A DNA stretch of 60,408 nt from a virus. Lineage: Duplodnaviria > Caudoviricetes. The notes below the pieces were generated by a model. The model was not told the DNA's origin. It saw nothing but the letters and a program-made list of their open reading frames with translations, and did not search any database. Below are positions 26,513 through 35,654 of this stretch, piece by piece. The first letter of the stretch is position 1; each line of letters starts with the position of its first letter. The DNA lies in the IMG/VR virus record IMGVR_UViG_3300021961_000099, positions 1 through 60,408 of that record; one strand, 5' to 3'. The position numbers were made by a program, and so were the translations under genes.

Positions 26513-29188
26513 TTAGAAATCTAACTTAATAACATACTGTTGTATACCTTGTCTGAGGACTGGCGATTGTAGTTTAGACATAACTAAAATATCTTCGTTT
26601 TCATCAAGTAACGCGATTTCGGTAACATATGATTGTGTACCAAATGTCCAAGTAGGATTTTGAGAAACCAAAAATTCAGAAGAACTAAGATTTATTTTGT
26701 ATTTCATCTCATAAATTGTGGCTTGAATGTCAGTTTCTAAATTACCATAGAAATAATATTCGTCACCAAAATTAAGTGATGTCGCACTATAATTTAAAGG
26801 TACTAAATCAATATAGTCATTCAAATTATAATACGGTGCTGCAGAATAATTCTGATCAGAAATAACAAATGTAGTCGCCGTAAGCGATTGTTGAGTAACA
26901 TATCCGTTAATGAACGAAGAACTAATCTGACTTGTGAAATCAATTAACTTCCAATTTTCAGGTACAGGCCTTTGACCAACAGGAACTTTTTGAGCTAAAA
27001 TTTGGAATTGTGTTGCGTAAAAACCTTGTGGTACAACACATGTTGGGCAGAAAGTTGGTGTCGGTGAAGGGGTGAATGTAGGAGTTTGAGTAGGTGTTGA
27101 TGTCGCAGTTGTAAATGGTGTATCTGTCGGAGTTTGAGTTGGGGTTAAAGTATTAGTTGGAGTAACTGTTTGAGTTGAGGTAATGGTTGGTGTTGGTGTT
27201 GGTGAAGAAAATGGTGACTCTGTTATTGATGGTGTTGGTGTATTAGTTGGTGTTGATGTATTTGTTGGTGTAACCGTTGGTGTTTCGTTTGGTGGCGGAT
27301 AAAATCCTGGTTGTACTAAACAAGGGAAATCACCACCAAACCTTACTGCAACATTCTTTGGTGTTTCAGGAGAACAGATGTTTTCCGTACCAACTATGTT
27401 AATATAATAATTACAGTGTAAAGAATTTGTAAAACCATTAGGATTAGACAATCGATAAGTAACCCACAGTGTTTCCGCTCCACCTGTTAGAACTCCTGTT
27501 GTGTCTGAAGTTCCACAAGTATTAGGTGTAATTAAAGAAACTTGAGGGGCGGGCAATGTCCAATTTCTATTTGACTTATAAGAAAGTGCCGCAATAATTT
27601 CTTCATCATCAATTACTATCATTTGTGAATCAGGATAAACCTTCCCTATTCTACTTGGAAGTCCGTTAGGTTGTGCAAATGTATCCCAAAGGTTGTAATA
27701 TCTCAAACCAGGTTGGTTCATATTTTCCGAAATTGACGATTTGGTATACTGTACTTGAAATAAGTTTTTGTTATCAAATCCTGGAGGATCAACATAAAAA
27801 GTTTGACCAAAGCAGCATTCAGGATTTTTATGCCACATTAGAGTTGGGATGTGTAGTCTAAAGTTTCTAGCCTGACCCTGTGTGTTAAGAGGGTTGGACG
27901 CATCGTATGGTTGCATTGCAAATTTTTCACCATAGAAGAAATCAATTGTTTGATTAGTATAATGAATAATAGCAATAGCCTTTTGGTTTGCCGGTGTAAC
28001 TACTTGTTTTTCACCAAATGAATTATAAAAATACACATCGTCCGTAGATGTCTGTGCACTTGTTGTATATCCCAAATATTCTTTAGATCCAAGATATTCT
28101 ATGGATCCAAATTTTGTATAGTTTTCAAATTGATTAGAAATTAAACCAGCGGGGCTTTCACTCCATGGAATATTCATATTCCATATTTTCACATCGAATT
28201 GGTCGGTATCACATACTGATTCAAAATCTATCACACTTTGACTCCAATGAGGTTCAGGAGTAAAACTATCGTACAATGGAACCATCTGTGGTGGATAGAT
28301 CAAAGCTCTTGCAACACATTCGCTAGATAATTCTGTAAAATCGGGAGTTGTTCTGTCTAGCGTTAATATGTTTCCACAAACAGCAACTATTCTATAAGTA
28401 AGGATTGGAAAGCAACTATAAATAACTTTTTGACAATCCGCTGCTGGTGGTACAGGACATATCGGACTGTTAGAAGGTGTTACACAAGGTGTTTTGGTAG
28501 GTGACGGTGTTGGTGTAAATGATGCACAAGGATCATCTAATGTAACCGATGGTGTTGGAGTAGATGTAGGTGTAAGATTAATTGTTGCTGTTGGTGTGGG
28601 TGTAGGTGTTGGGGTAGGTAAATTTTGACATGAACAATCACTTGCCGCATAACCATCATAATAAATTGTAATAAACTCCCCAACTTGTGGTGTATTATCT
28701 ATTGTTGGGTTGCAATCCAATCTATAAACTTCTATTTCGTTTGACCCACTCAAACTTGCCATATTTACAACATAATTTGGTGTAGATACATATTGACTTC
28801 CAGTGTGTGCACTCCAATTTATTGTTGTTGCGGTTGTATTACCTGTGAAAAAACCTCTTGGGGCCGCTCTGTTAAATACAGAATCAACTACAGAGTCCAT
28901 AAACGGAATACCATAAATATTTGTTTGTCCTTGATCGACAAGATAAGGGTATTTAATATATTGTCTGTTTGATTCTGGAACTCCACTACTATTTTGAGCG
29001 TTAAACTGAGGTTCCAAAATCATGGTATTTGATTGGTTATAAGTTGGGGGAAGAGTGTTATATGAAACTTCACTATCTCCTATCGCAAAATAAGCAATAT
29101 TGAACCTACCTTCAGACATTCTTTGTCTTCCTGTATCTGTTACTCTTGTGTTAACTAACCCCGAAGTGTTTTTAATTATGTAAGCCAT
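26513..29188 (-). CDS. Tail-collar/fibre-type baseplate protein with two Pro/Thr-rich tracts
   Basis: N-terminal [20 protein letters not shown] and C-terminal [20 protein letters not shown] resemble the two halves of the tail-collar (DUF3751-like) domain; TATTTAT upstream. Confidence 0.7.
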   Translation of the reverse strand: MAYIIKNTSGLVNTRVTDTGRQRMSEGRFNIAYFAIGDSEVSYNTLPPTYNQSNTMILEPQFNAQNSSGVPESNRQYIKYPYLVDQGQTNIYGIPFMDSVVDSVFNRAAPRGFFTGNTTATTINWSAHTGSQYVSTPNYVVNMASLSGSNEIEVYRLDCNPTIDNTPQVGEFITIYYDGYAASDCSCQNLPTPTPTPTPTATINLTPTSTPTPSVTLDDPCASFTPTPSPTKTPCVTPSNSPICPVPPAADCQKVIYSCFPILTYRIVAVCGNILTLDRTTPDFTELSSECVARALIYPPQMVPLYDSFTPEPHWSQSVIDFESVCDTDQFDVKIWNMNIPWSESPAGLISNQFENYTKFGSIEYLGSKEYLGYTTSAQTSTDDVYFYNSFGEKQVVTPANQKAIAIIHYTNQTIDFFYGEKFAMQPYDASNPLNTQGQARNFRLHIPTLMWHKNPECCFGQTFYVDPPGFDNKNLFQVQYTKSSISENMNQPGLRYYNLWDTFAQPNGLPSRIGKVYPDSQMIVIDDEEIIAALSYKSNRNWTLPAPQVSLITPNTCGTSDTTGVLTGGAETLWVTYRLSNPNGFTNSLHCNYYINIVGTENICSPETPKNVAVRFGGDFPCLVQPGFYPPPNETPTVTPTNTSTPTNTPTPSITESPFSSPTPTPTITSTQTVTPTNTLTPTQTPTDTPFTTATSTPTQTPTFTPSPTPTFCPTCVVPQGFYATQFQILAQKVPVGQRPVPENWKLIDFTSQISSSFINGYVTQQSLTATTFVISDQNYSAAPYYNLNDYIDLVPLNYSATSLNFGDEYYFYGNLETDIQATIYEMKYKINLSSSEFLVSQNPTWTFGTQSYVTEIALLDENEDILVMSKLQSPVLRQGIQQYVIKLDF

Positions 29189-29216
29189 TTTATGATAAAT
29201 ATTCTTTACTCAATTT

Positions 29217-31289
29217 TTATGGGAAAATTGTTGGTTGATTTGGAATTGGGTTATTCAAAGCCACAAGACAACATTGACAATTAGACACCACAGGATTTGT
29301 TATATATACATCATAGTAACCTACAGCGTCTTTACACTTACCTGCGGTAAATCCTGTAATAATATCTGTTACACTTCCTGTGACCACTTGATTACTTGTT
29401 AATGTAATTGTGTTACTGTAAACTCTGTTAATTTGGAAGTAGTTCATTGGTGTTAAAGTTGTACATGGACCCGAAAGTGGTAATAAGTTTGTAGATGTAT
29501 TTACTAAGGTCATTTGATACGAACCATTTATAGTTGCGATATTATTATAAACAGGAACTGGATTCAAAGTTGTTGGATAATAACTTAACCATGATGACAT
29601 TCCGAGATCTACACTTATTGTCACACCCACAGGAAGGGTCGGTGCTGTAACGGTAAATGTGTCGTTAGCATAATTTGCATTCAAACTTACTGTATAAAGT
29701 GTAGGTGCGGTTCCATTTATTACAGTCTGAACAACTTGACTTGTTACTGAATTAGAATCTTTAACGATCACATAATATGTACCAGGTAGTAATCCATTAA
29801 ATATTGTTGAAAGTTGATAACTTTGTCCTCCGTTTATTGAGTATTCATATGGACCTACTCCGCCATCGGCATTCACTATTATACTTCCCTGTTGTTGACA
29901 TATCGCATCATTTGCGGAAATAGATAAATTGATTGTGTAGGCTGAAAAACATTCCCCCGATAAAACTAACATTTCATAAACAATCGGTGATCCTAAATTT
30001 TGCCAGTTTGTTAATGGTGGTGTTGTTGAGTCATAGTTGATCAAACTCACCCCGGGATATCCAGTCATAACCCACTGTACTGGTGTTGCACCTGAATTCC
30101 AATAAATAACATACTGTCCTGTAGACGAAGTCCAACTTGGTTGTCCATTGATTTCATTACTTGGGTCCATAGGTATCAACAAGTTTTCAGTCAGATAACC
30201 TGGTTTACTACTTCTTACAACTAAATTTACACAAAGTTCGCTGTCTACTTGAGGTTGTTCAGGTGGATTACATGGTCCTATGTAAGATTCTGTAATGTAA
30301 TACAGACTGTCGGCAATAATCTCCCAATCTCCTGTATTACCCGTCGCATAAAAGTTTTGTCCGTTGTCTAAAGTGTTATAAGCCGATCCTTGACATTGTA
30401 AATCAACACAGAAAGTCCATAAACCATTTGCACCATTCCAAAATACATACCCGAGATCTTCCAATCCGTTTTGTAAAAAATAATAAGGTTTACCATTTAA
30501 CAATCCTTGAGGTTGACTTGTTATGTACTCAACTTCACCAGTGAATAAAGTTTCAACAACAAAACACATTGCCGATAAAACTGTTGTTTCGGCACTTAGT
30601 ACACAGGTAGTAGTTGCCGTAAAATCACCATAATAATCAGTTACCGTAGCTGTATATGACCCAACTCCTAAATTTATTAGTGCTGGTGCAAAACTACCTA
30701 CTTCCCAAAAAACAGTGTATGGTGGGGTTCCACCCGTTATAATCAAGGTAGTTGACCCATCGAATGATTCACTATCGGAAGGTTGTTGTATCAAACACTC
30801 TACTGACATTGGAAATAATGTAATTACATCACATTCATTTGAAGGTTTAACTGAAGGGATTGTCGGTGGACATTGATTGTCTATACAGAAATCTGTAAGC
30901 TTTAATGGTATTTGAGTGTTAGTGTCAAATTGTGGATATACTTTACTACAAATATTGTAAGTGAATCCCTCTTCTATTGTTTCAACAACCAAATCATCAT
31001 TACAATCTACATATGTAACATCTGTGGTTTCATTAGCGGACCTTATGAAGTAACAATAACATGGACAATCACATGTCCCACCTGTCACTGAAGGGATTGA
31101 TTCTGTAACATCACATTCAATTTCACCCAATCCAAGAACATAAAAACATGTTTCAGGAACGACATTTGTAGAACCTGATATTGTGATTTGCACATATGAT
31201 GAAGAATGTGCACTCAAACCTGTATAGTTTGAAACTATTGGTTCGTAAGATCCATCACAAGAATATAATATATAACAATTTTCTACCAT
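29217..31289 (-). CDS. Cys-rich putative fibre/adhesin with SprB-like repeats
   Basis: ITGGTPPYTVFW...NLGVGSYTATVTD and ADGGVGPYEYSING...FNGLLPGTYYVIVKDSN; TATTTAT upstream. Confidence 0.7.
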   Translation of the reverse strand: MVENCYILYSCDGSYEPIVSNYTGLSAHSSSYVQITISGSTNVVPETCFYVLGLGEIECDVTESIPSVTGGTCDCPCYCYFIRSANETTDVTYVDCNDDLVVETIEEGFTYNICSKVYPQFDTNTQIPLKLTDFCIDNQCPPTIPSVKPSNECDVITLFPMSVECLIQQPSDSESFDGSTTLIITGGTPPYTVFWEVGSFAPALINLGVGSYTATVTDYYGDFTATTTCVLSAETTVLSAMCFVVETLFTGEVEYITSQPQGLLNGKPYYFLQNGLEDLGYVFWNGANGLWTFCVDLQCQGSAYNTLDNGQNFYATGNTGDWEIIADSLYYITESYIGPCNPPEQPQVDSELCVNLVVRSSKPGYLTENLLIPMDPSNEINGQPSWTSSTGQYVIYWNSGATPVQWVMTGYPGVSLINYDSTTPPLTNWQNLGSPIVYEMLVLSGECFSAYTINLSISANDAICQQQGSIIVNADGGVGPYEYSINGGQSYQLSTIFNGLLPGTYYVIVKDSNSVTSQVVQTVINGTAPTLYTVSLNANYANDTFTVTAPTLPVGVTISVDLGMSSWLSYYPTTLNPVPVYNNIATINGSYQMTLVNTSTNLLPLSGPCTTLTPMNYFQINRVYSNTITLTSNQVVTGSVTDIITGFTAGKCKDAVGYYDVYITNPVVSNCQCCLVALNNPIPNQPTIFP

Positions 31290-31306
31290 TAATTTATAAT
31301 AAATAA

Positions 31307-32287
31307 TCAGGATTCATATTTTTGTAGGTAAGATTTCATAACTTCTATATATTTTACCGTTGAGCTACTTTTTTCTATGTAATCAAAACAATTAGAATCT
31401 TGTTTAAGTTTATCTAATGGATCTACTTGTATAAAGTCTCCTTTAAAAAACTTTGTGTTTCTTTGGTCTGCAGTAACTCCTGCCATATGTAAAATTTGTT
31501 TTTTCTCGTAAATTTTAATATCATCAGTTGCCCAAGAAAAAGATAAATCATCAACAATTTCTGTTTTGTGTCCATGTGACCATAAATTCCAAAGAAGACT
31601 CCACATTTCTGCAGTCCAAAATTGAATCTCTCCTGGTGAGATTGGGAATCTTTGTTGGTAATCTAACATCTGAAGGTAAAGTTTAAATGAGTCTTCATAT
31701 ATTTTATCCCAAATCTTGAAGTCGGTATTTTTTATAATATATTGTCCACCACCAGAGTTTAATTGATTTTCTTTTATTAAATTTACATCAATACCAACAA
31801 CATTTGCCATTTCATTTATCAATTGATCTTTTTCAGAGGTTGGGTGGTGATGTTCGTATCTTCTACAACAATCTATTATATAGTCATAACCAATATACCC
31901 TATTGTGTCAGATAAATAAATCACATCGTCATTTATAAGTTTTTCAAAATCTGGTAACCGCCTGAAAATTATATCAGCATCATGGAGAAAAAAAAGTTTT
32001 CCATAATCAGGATTAGATTCAATCCATTTAGAAATTAAATAAGGTTTTACCGATGGAATATAGTTTTTCTTTGACCTGTCGTCATTAAAATGGTGGATGT
32101 TGACTCCTAATTCTTTCAATTTTAGGGACTCTTCGGAGGGTTTTCGGTCCCTATTAACAATTCCGTAAACAACATGAATTTGGTTTGGTTTAATTCCTTT
32201 TTCAATAAAATTATGGATGTAAATTTTTGTTTGCCAAATGAAATAAGGAACATCTGGTTGTGCTGTAACAAATAATATATCTTCCAT
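31307..32287 (-). CDS. GT-A fold glycosyltransferase resembling plant peptidyl-serine galactosyltransferase / hydroxyproline arabinosyltransferase (GT96/GT95-like)
   Basis: YFIWQ, YIPSVKPY..W, DxD motif LHDADIIF, GGGQYII, WTAEMW and ILHMAG occur in the same order as the SERGT/HPAT motifs (YFDWQ, YPAINKP..W, ILDADMI, WISEMY), as recalled. Confidence 0.7.
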   Translation of the reverse strand: MEDILFVTAQPDVPYFIWQTKIYIHNFIEKGIKPNQIHVVYGIVNRDRKPSEESLKLKELGVNIHHFNDDRSKKNYIPSVKPYLISKWIESNPDYGKLFFLHDADIIFRRLPDFEKLINDDVIYLSDTIGYIGYDYIIDCCRRYEHHHPTSEKDQLINEMANVVGIDVNLIKENQLNSGGGQYIIKNTDFKIWDKIYEDSFKLYLQMLDYQQRFPISPGEIQFWTAEMWSLLWNLWSHGHKTEIVDDLSFSWATDDIKIYEKKQILHMAGVTADQRNTKFFKGDFIQVDPLDKLKQDSNCFDYIEKSSSTVKYIEVMKSYLQKYES

Positions 32288-32321
32288 GTAAAAAGTATAT
32301 TTGTAAACTAATCAAAGTGAA

Positions 32322-33212
32322 TTAATAAACTTTATTCAATACTAAAAATTCTGAATAAATGAAATTTGATGCGTTTGTAGAACTGAATTGTGCCGTGATA
32401 TCCAAGGTGTTTGGAATTGTAGTGTTAAATGTTGTATTGTTTAATGTACTAAAACTAGCCGCTTCTAAATTACCAGAAGCATTTTGTGTGAAAGTAAAAA
32501 ATCCTGACGAGTTGATTGAGGCGACTCCTGCGGAACCAATTGATCTAATTGTAAATCCTATATCCAAATTAAAATGTGAGTTAGAAACTGAAGGCATCGT
32601 TATTGCACCTGTTGTACCAAGTATAACACTCCCACTTTTTATTTGAATGGTCAAAGTATTACCATTTTGTGCTCCTACATCACCAAACATTTTTACCGTG
32701 AATGAATCACCAACAGAAAATCCATTTGCAGGAACACTCAGACTACCTAAACCATTTCCAATTATAGTTGTTTCTGATGTTGTACCAGACACAGTGACAC
32801 TATTACCTGTTTGAGAAAATAATCCGTAAACATATGGGTATGGACTTACGGGTGAAGTACCGCTTGTTCCAGCACTACCACTAGATCCTGAACTACCACT
32901 AGAACCTGATGATCCCGAGCTACCACTAGTTCCGTTTGATCCAGAGGTACCACTTGATCCTGATGTACCATTTTGTCCACTCGTACCCGAAGAGCCACTT
33001 GATCCTGTCAAACCTGAAGATCCTGAACTACCTGAAGTTCCCGCTGGTCCTGTAGATCCGCTAAGAAGAGTTTTGATACCTTCAATTGGTGTGTAATAAG
33101 ATGACCCTTGAGGACTTTGACTTGTATCTCCTGTTATTACAATATGAATTATATCATTCAGAGTTACTCCTGAAGCTGGCTGTCGGTCCGTTAATCTTTG
33201 GTATACTGGCAT
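32322..33212 (-). CDS. Putative fibre protein with a (G-S/T-S)n low-complexity stalk and a beta-rich head
   Basis: About 24 consecutive Gly-X-Y triplets, mostly GSS/GTS; TATTTAT upstream (33221-33227). Confidence 0.75.
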   Translation of the reverse strand: MPVYQRLTDRQPASGVTLNDIIHIVITGDTSQSPQGSSYYTPIEGIKTLLSGSTGPAGTSGSSGSSGLTGSSGSSGTSGQNGTSGSSGTSGSNGTSGSSGSSGSSGSSGSSGSAGTSGTSPVSPYPYVYGLFSQTGNSVTVSGTTSETTIIGNGLGSLSVPANGFSVGDSFTVKMFGDVGAQNGNTLTIQIKSGSVILGTTGAITMPSVSNSHFNLDIGFTIRSIGSAGVASINSSGFFTFTQNASGNLEAASFSTLNNTTFNTTIPNTLDITAQFSSTNASNFIYSEFLVLNKVY

Positions 33213-33232
33213 CTTAATTTATAAATACTTTA

Positions 33233-33463
33233 TTATGTAATTATTGAACAGTAAATTATTTGTGTCAAAGTACACCCCGATGAATCAGTTATAGTAAGAT
33301 TGATAGATGGTGCCGTGTCAAATTGTGACGGTAAAACAAAAGTTATTGGTGTTGTTGTTCCACTTCCAACATAGGAACAATTATTCCCATAATAATCACA
33401 AGCAACTCCACTAAATGGTGGTGTCAAACCTGTAGTTCCTGTTAATACAATTTGTGTTGGCAT
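33233..33463 (-). CDS. Small Cys-containing beta protein, paralogue of 24002..24223
   Basis: Start MPTQIVL lies right after the stop of the SprB-repeat gene; ends LTITDSSGCTLTQ like a single SprB repeat. Confidence 0.75.
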   Translation of the reverse strand: MPTQIVLTGTTGLTPPFSGVACDYYGNNCSYVGSGTTTPITFVLPSQFDTAPSINLTITDSSGCTLTQIIYCSIIT

Positions 33464-33464
33464 T

Positions 33465-35654
33465 TTAAGTACACTCGACACAAGATATGTCGTAGTCTAT
33501 TATTAAATTTACTATGACCTGTGTATCTTGTAATGGATTTATTGTTTCTGTTGTACATGCCTTGGGTATTTGTTCACAGTTTGTAGTTATCAATACTCTG
33601 TTATTTGATATACTTACAGTTACTCCTGAAATACCGACATAAGATTCCAACGAATCTGTTATTGTTTGTGCCCATAAAACATCACTTGGAAAATCATCAG
33701 CAGTGGTTCCTGTATAAAACGCGGTCTGTGCCGATTGACTTCCTACTTGTGTATAAATTGAAAATATCGCCTCATTAACAATACAATTCGTATCTCCACT
33801 TGTAAGATCGTTGAATCCTTCATAATACATTGCTCTCATGTTCCTATAACCCAAAGTATTAGAGTTTTGAAACTGATCTTCGCAAATGTTAAAATATCTG
33901 TAAGATGTGAATTTTTTAGTACCTGCTAAACTAATACTTTTTGTAAGTGTACACCCACTAGAATCAGTTACCTCTAAAGAATAGACACCAGAAGTTAATC
34001 CTGTGACTGTCGATCCTGTTTGTCCACTTGCAACACCTCCTGACCACGAGTAAGAAAAAGGTGGTTCTCCTTGTGTTACATAAGCCGATATTGACCCATC
34101 ATTACCATCGAAAGGTTGGATAACTAAAAGATTAAAAAATACACTTTCACTTTGATCAATAAAAATCGCTTCTTGTTGTATACAACTTGGTGTGTTTGAA
34201 TCTTGAACACTTAAAATGTAGTTTCCATATTCCAAATTAGTAAAGATACCTATTGGTGAAACAACAGTGGTTGGATTTTGATTAGGCCCTTCCAATGTAT
34301 AAGTCATCGGTAATGTTCCACCTGTCGATACTACAACTTCTAATCTACCGTTACTCGATCCACATGTTGTTCCAGTTGTAGATGCAGTAAAGGTATATAA
34401 ATTTGTCGAAGATATTGTAGTAGTCGCCGTATAAGTACATCCTGGTGTTTGGACACTTATTTTGTAATTATCATTCGGTAAACCAAAGAATGTTTGATTA
34501 GCATCACCTAAAGTACCTATCTGTTGTGTACCTGAATCTCCTGTTAAAGAAATAAGAAGGTTAGGTTCAATAAGTAATCCTCCATCAACAATTACTTGTA
34601 TCGTACCATTATCGACGGAACAAGTTGATGGTGTTGTTACGATCTGAACTTCATTGAAGGAACTTGGTGTAACCACAGATACAGAATCATAAATTGTGCA
34701 CAGTCCTGCATCTGTAACCATAAAATTGTAACTTCCCGATGATAAATTAGTAAAAACACTTGATTGACTAAAAGTTATTTCTACCTGACCTGTTGATGCA
34801 CTAAAAAAATATGGTGGAGTTCCGCCTGATATTATAAACTCAACAGACCCATCAGAGTTGAAACATGTGGGTTGTTGTAATACTATAAAACCAGCCGATC
34901 CTAATGGGTCTACAACATTTACATCAAATATATTCGAGGTTAAACATCCTCTTGGATCGGTTATTTCTACACTATATGGCCCTGATGTTAAACCTGTAAC
35001 TGTAGTACCTGTTTGACCATTTACATCACTCAACCATGTTATTGTATAATCTGTTACGGGAAAAGTTAAACCTGTTATAAAAATTTTACCACTCGGGCCT
35101 CCAATACAACTACCGTCATCTACAACATAAGCTCCATATGTAAATGCTGAAGAAGGATCAATTATTACTGATGCCGTGATTCCCGAACAACCTCCCCCGT
35201 CATCTGCAACTATGTAATAAGTTCCCGCAGATAAACTACCAAAATCAAAATAATTATTTGGTGTTTCTCCTGAAGATATGTAGTTTGATGATCCATCGTA
35301 TAGATAATATGTACCTTTACCGTAAACAGCCGATGTAAATCCTGTAATTGAACCATTGTCCAAACCACAAGTTGTGGTTGTTGAATCTATAGTAACATTT
35401 GTTCCAGAAGAAATATAAACACTTACTACTATTTTGTTTGATGCCCCATCAACTACTTCTAAGAAATATGTGTCGGCGGATAAACTACTAGCACTGTAAC
35501 TATATGTAGATGCGGATGTTGGTAGTGGACATGATGTGTTCAAACAGTTAACCGCAAAAGGTCCTGTTGTTCCTGTAATATCAAATGATACTGAACCTGC
35601 CGATGTATTGGAACAATCGCCAGTAAGAATGTAATTATATATTGATATACTCAT
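33465..35654 (-). CDS. SprB-repeat protein (putative fibre/adhesin)
   Basis: About 7 repeats of C...DG.I....GGT.PY.Y.W...GLT.G.Y...VTD..GC. Confidence 0.8.
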   Translation of the reverse strand: MSISIYNYILTGDCSNTSAGSVSFDITGTTGPFAVNCLNTSCPLPTSASTYSYSASSLSADTYFLEVVDGASNKIVVSVYISSGTNVTIDSTTTTCGLDNGSITGFTSAVYGKGTYYLYDGSSNYISSGETPNNYFDFGSLSAGTYYIVADDGGGCSGITASVIIDPSSAFTYGAYVVDDGSCIGGPSGKIFITGLTFPVTDYTITWLSDVNGQTGTTVTGLTSGPYSVEITDPRGCLTSNIFDVNVVDPLGSAGFIVLQQPTCFNSDGSVEFIISGGTPPYFFSASTGQVEITFSQSSVFTNLSSGSYNFMVTDAGLCTIYDSVSVVTPSSFNEVQIVTTPSTCSVDNGTIQVIVDGGLLIEPNLLISLTGDSGTQQIGTLGDANQTFFGLPNDNYKISVQTPGCTYTATTTISSTNLYTFTASTTGTTCGSSNGRLEVVVSTGGTLPMTYTLEGPNQNPTTVVSPIGIFTNLEYGNYILSVQDSNTPSCIQQEAIFIDQSESVFFNLLVIQPFDGNDGSISAYVTQGEPPFSYSWSGGVASGQTGSTVTGLTSGVYSLEVTDSSGCTLTKSISLAGTKKFTSYRYFNICEDQFQNSNTLGYRNMRAMYYEGFNDLTSGDTNCIVNEAIFSIYTQVGSQSAQTAFYTGTTADDFPSDVLWAQTITDSLESYVGISGVTVSISNNRVLITTNCEQIPKACTTETINPLQDTQVIVNLIIDYDISCVECT

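Noticed and set aside
32860-33070. Collagen call for the Gly-X-Y tract
   Set aside because: The period-3 glycine is real, but X/Y are almost all Ser/Thr with nearly no Pro or charged residues, so a classical triple helix is not supported from sequence alone.
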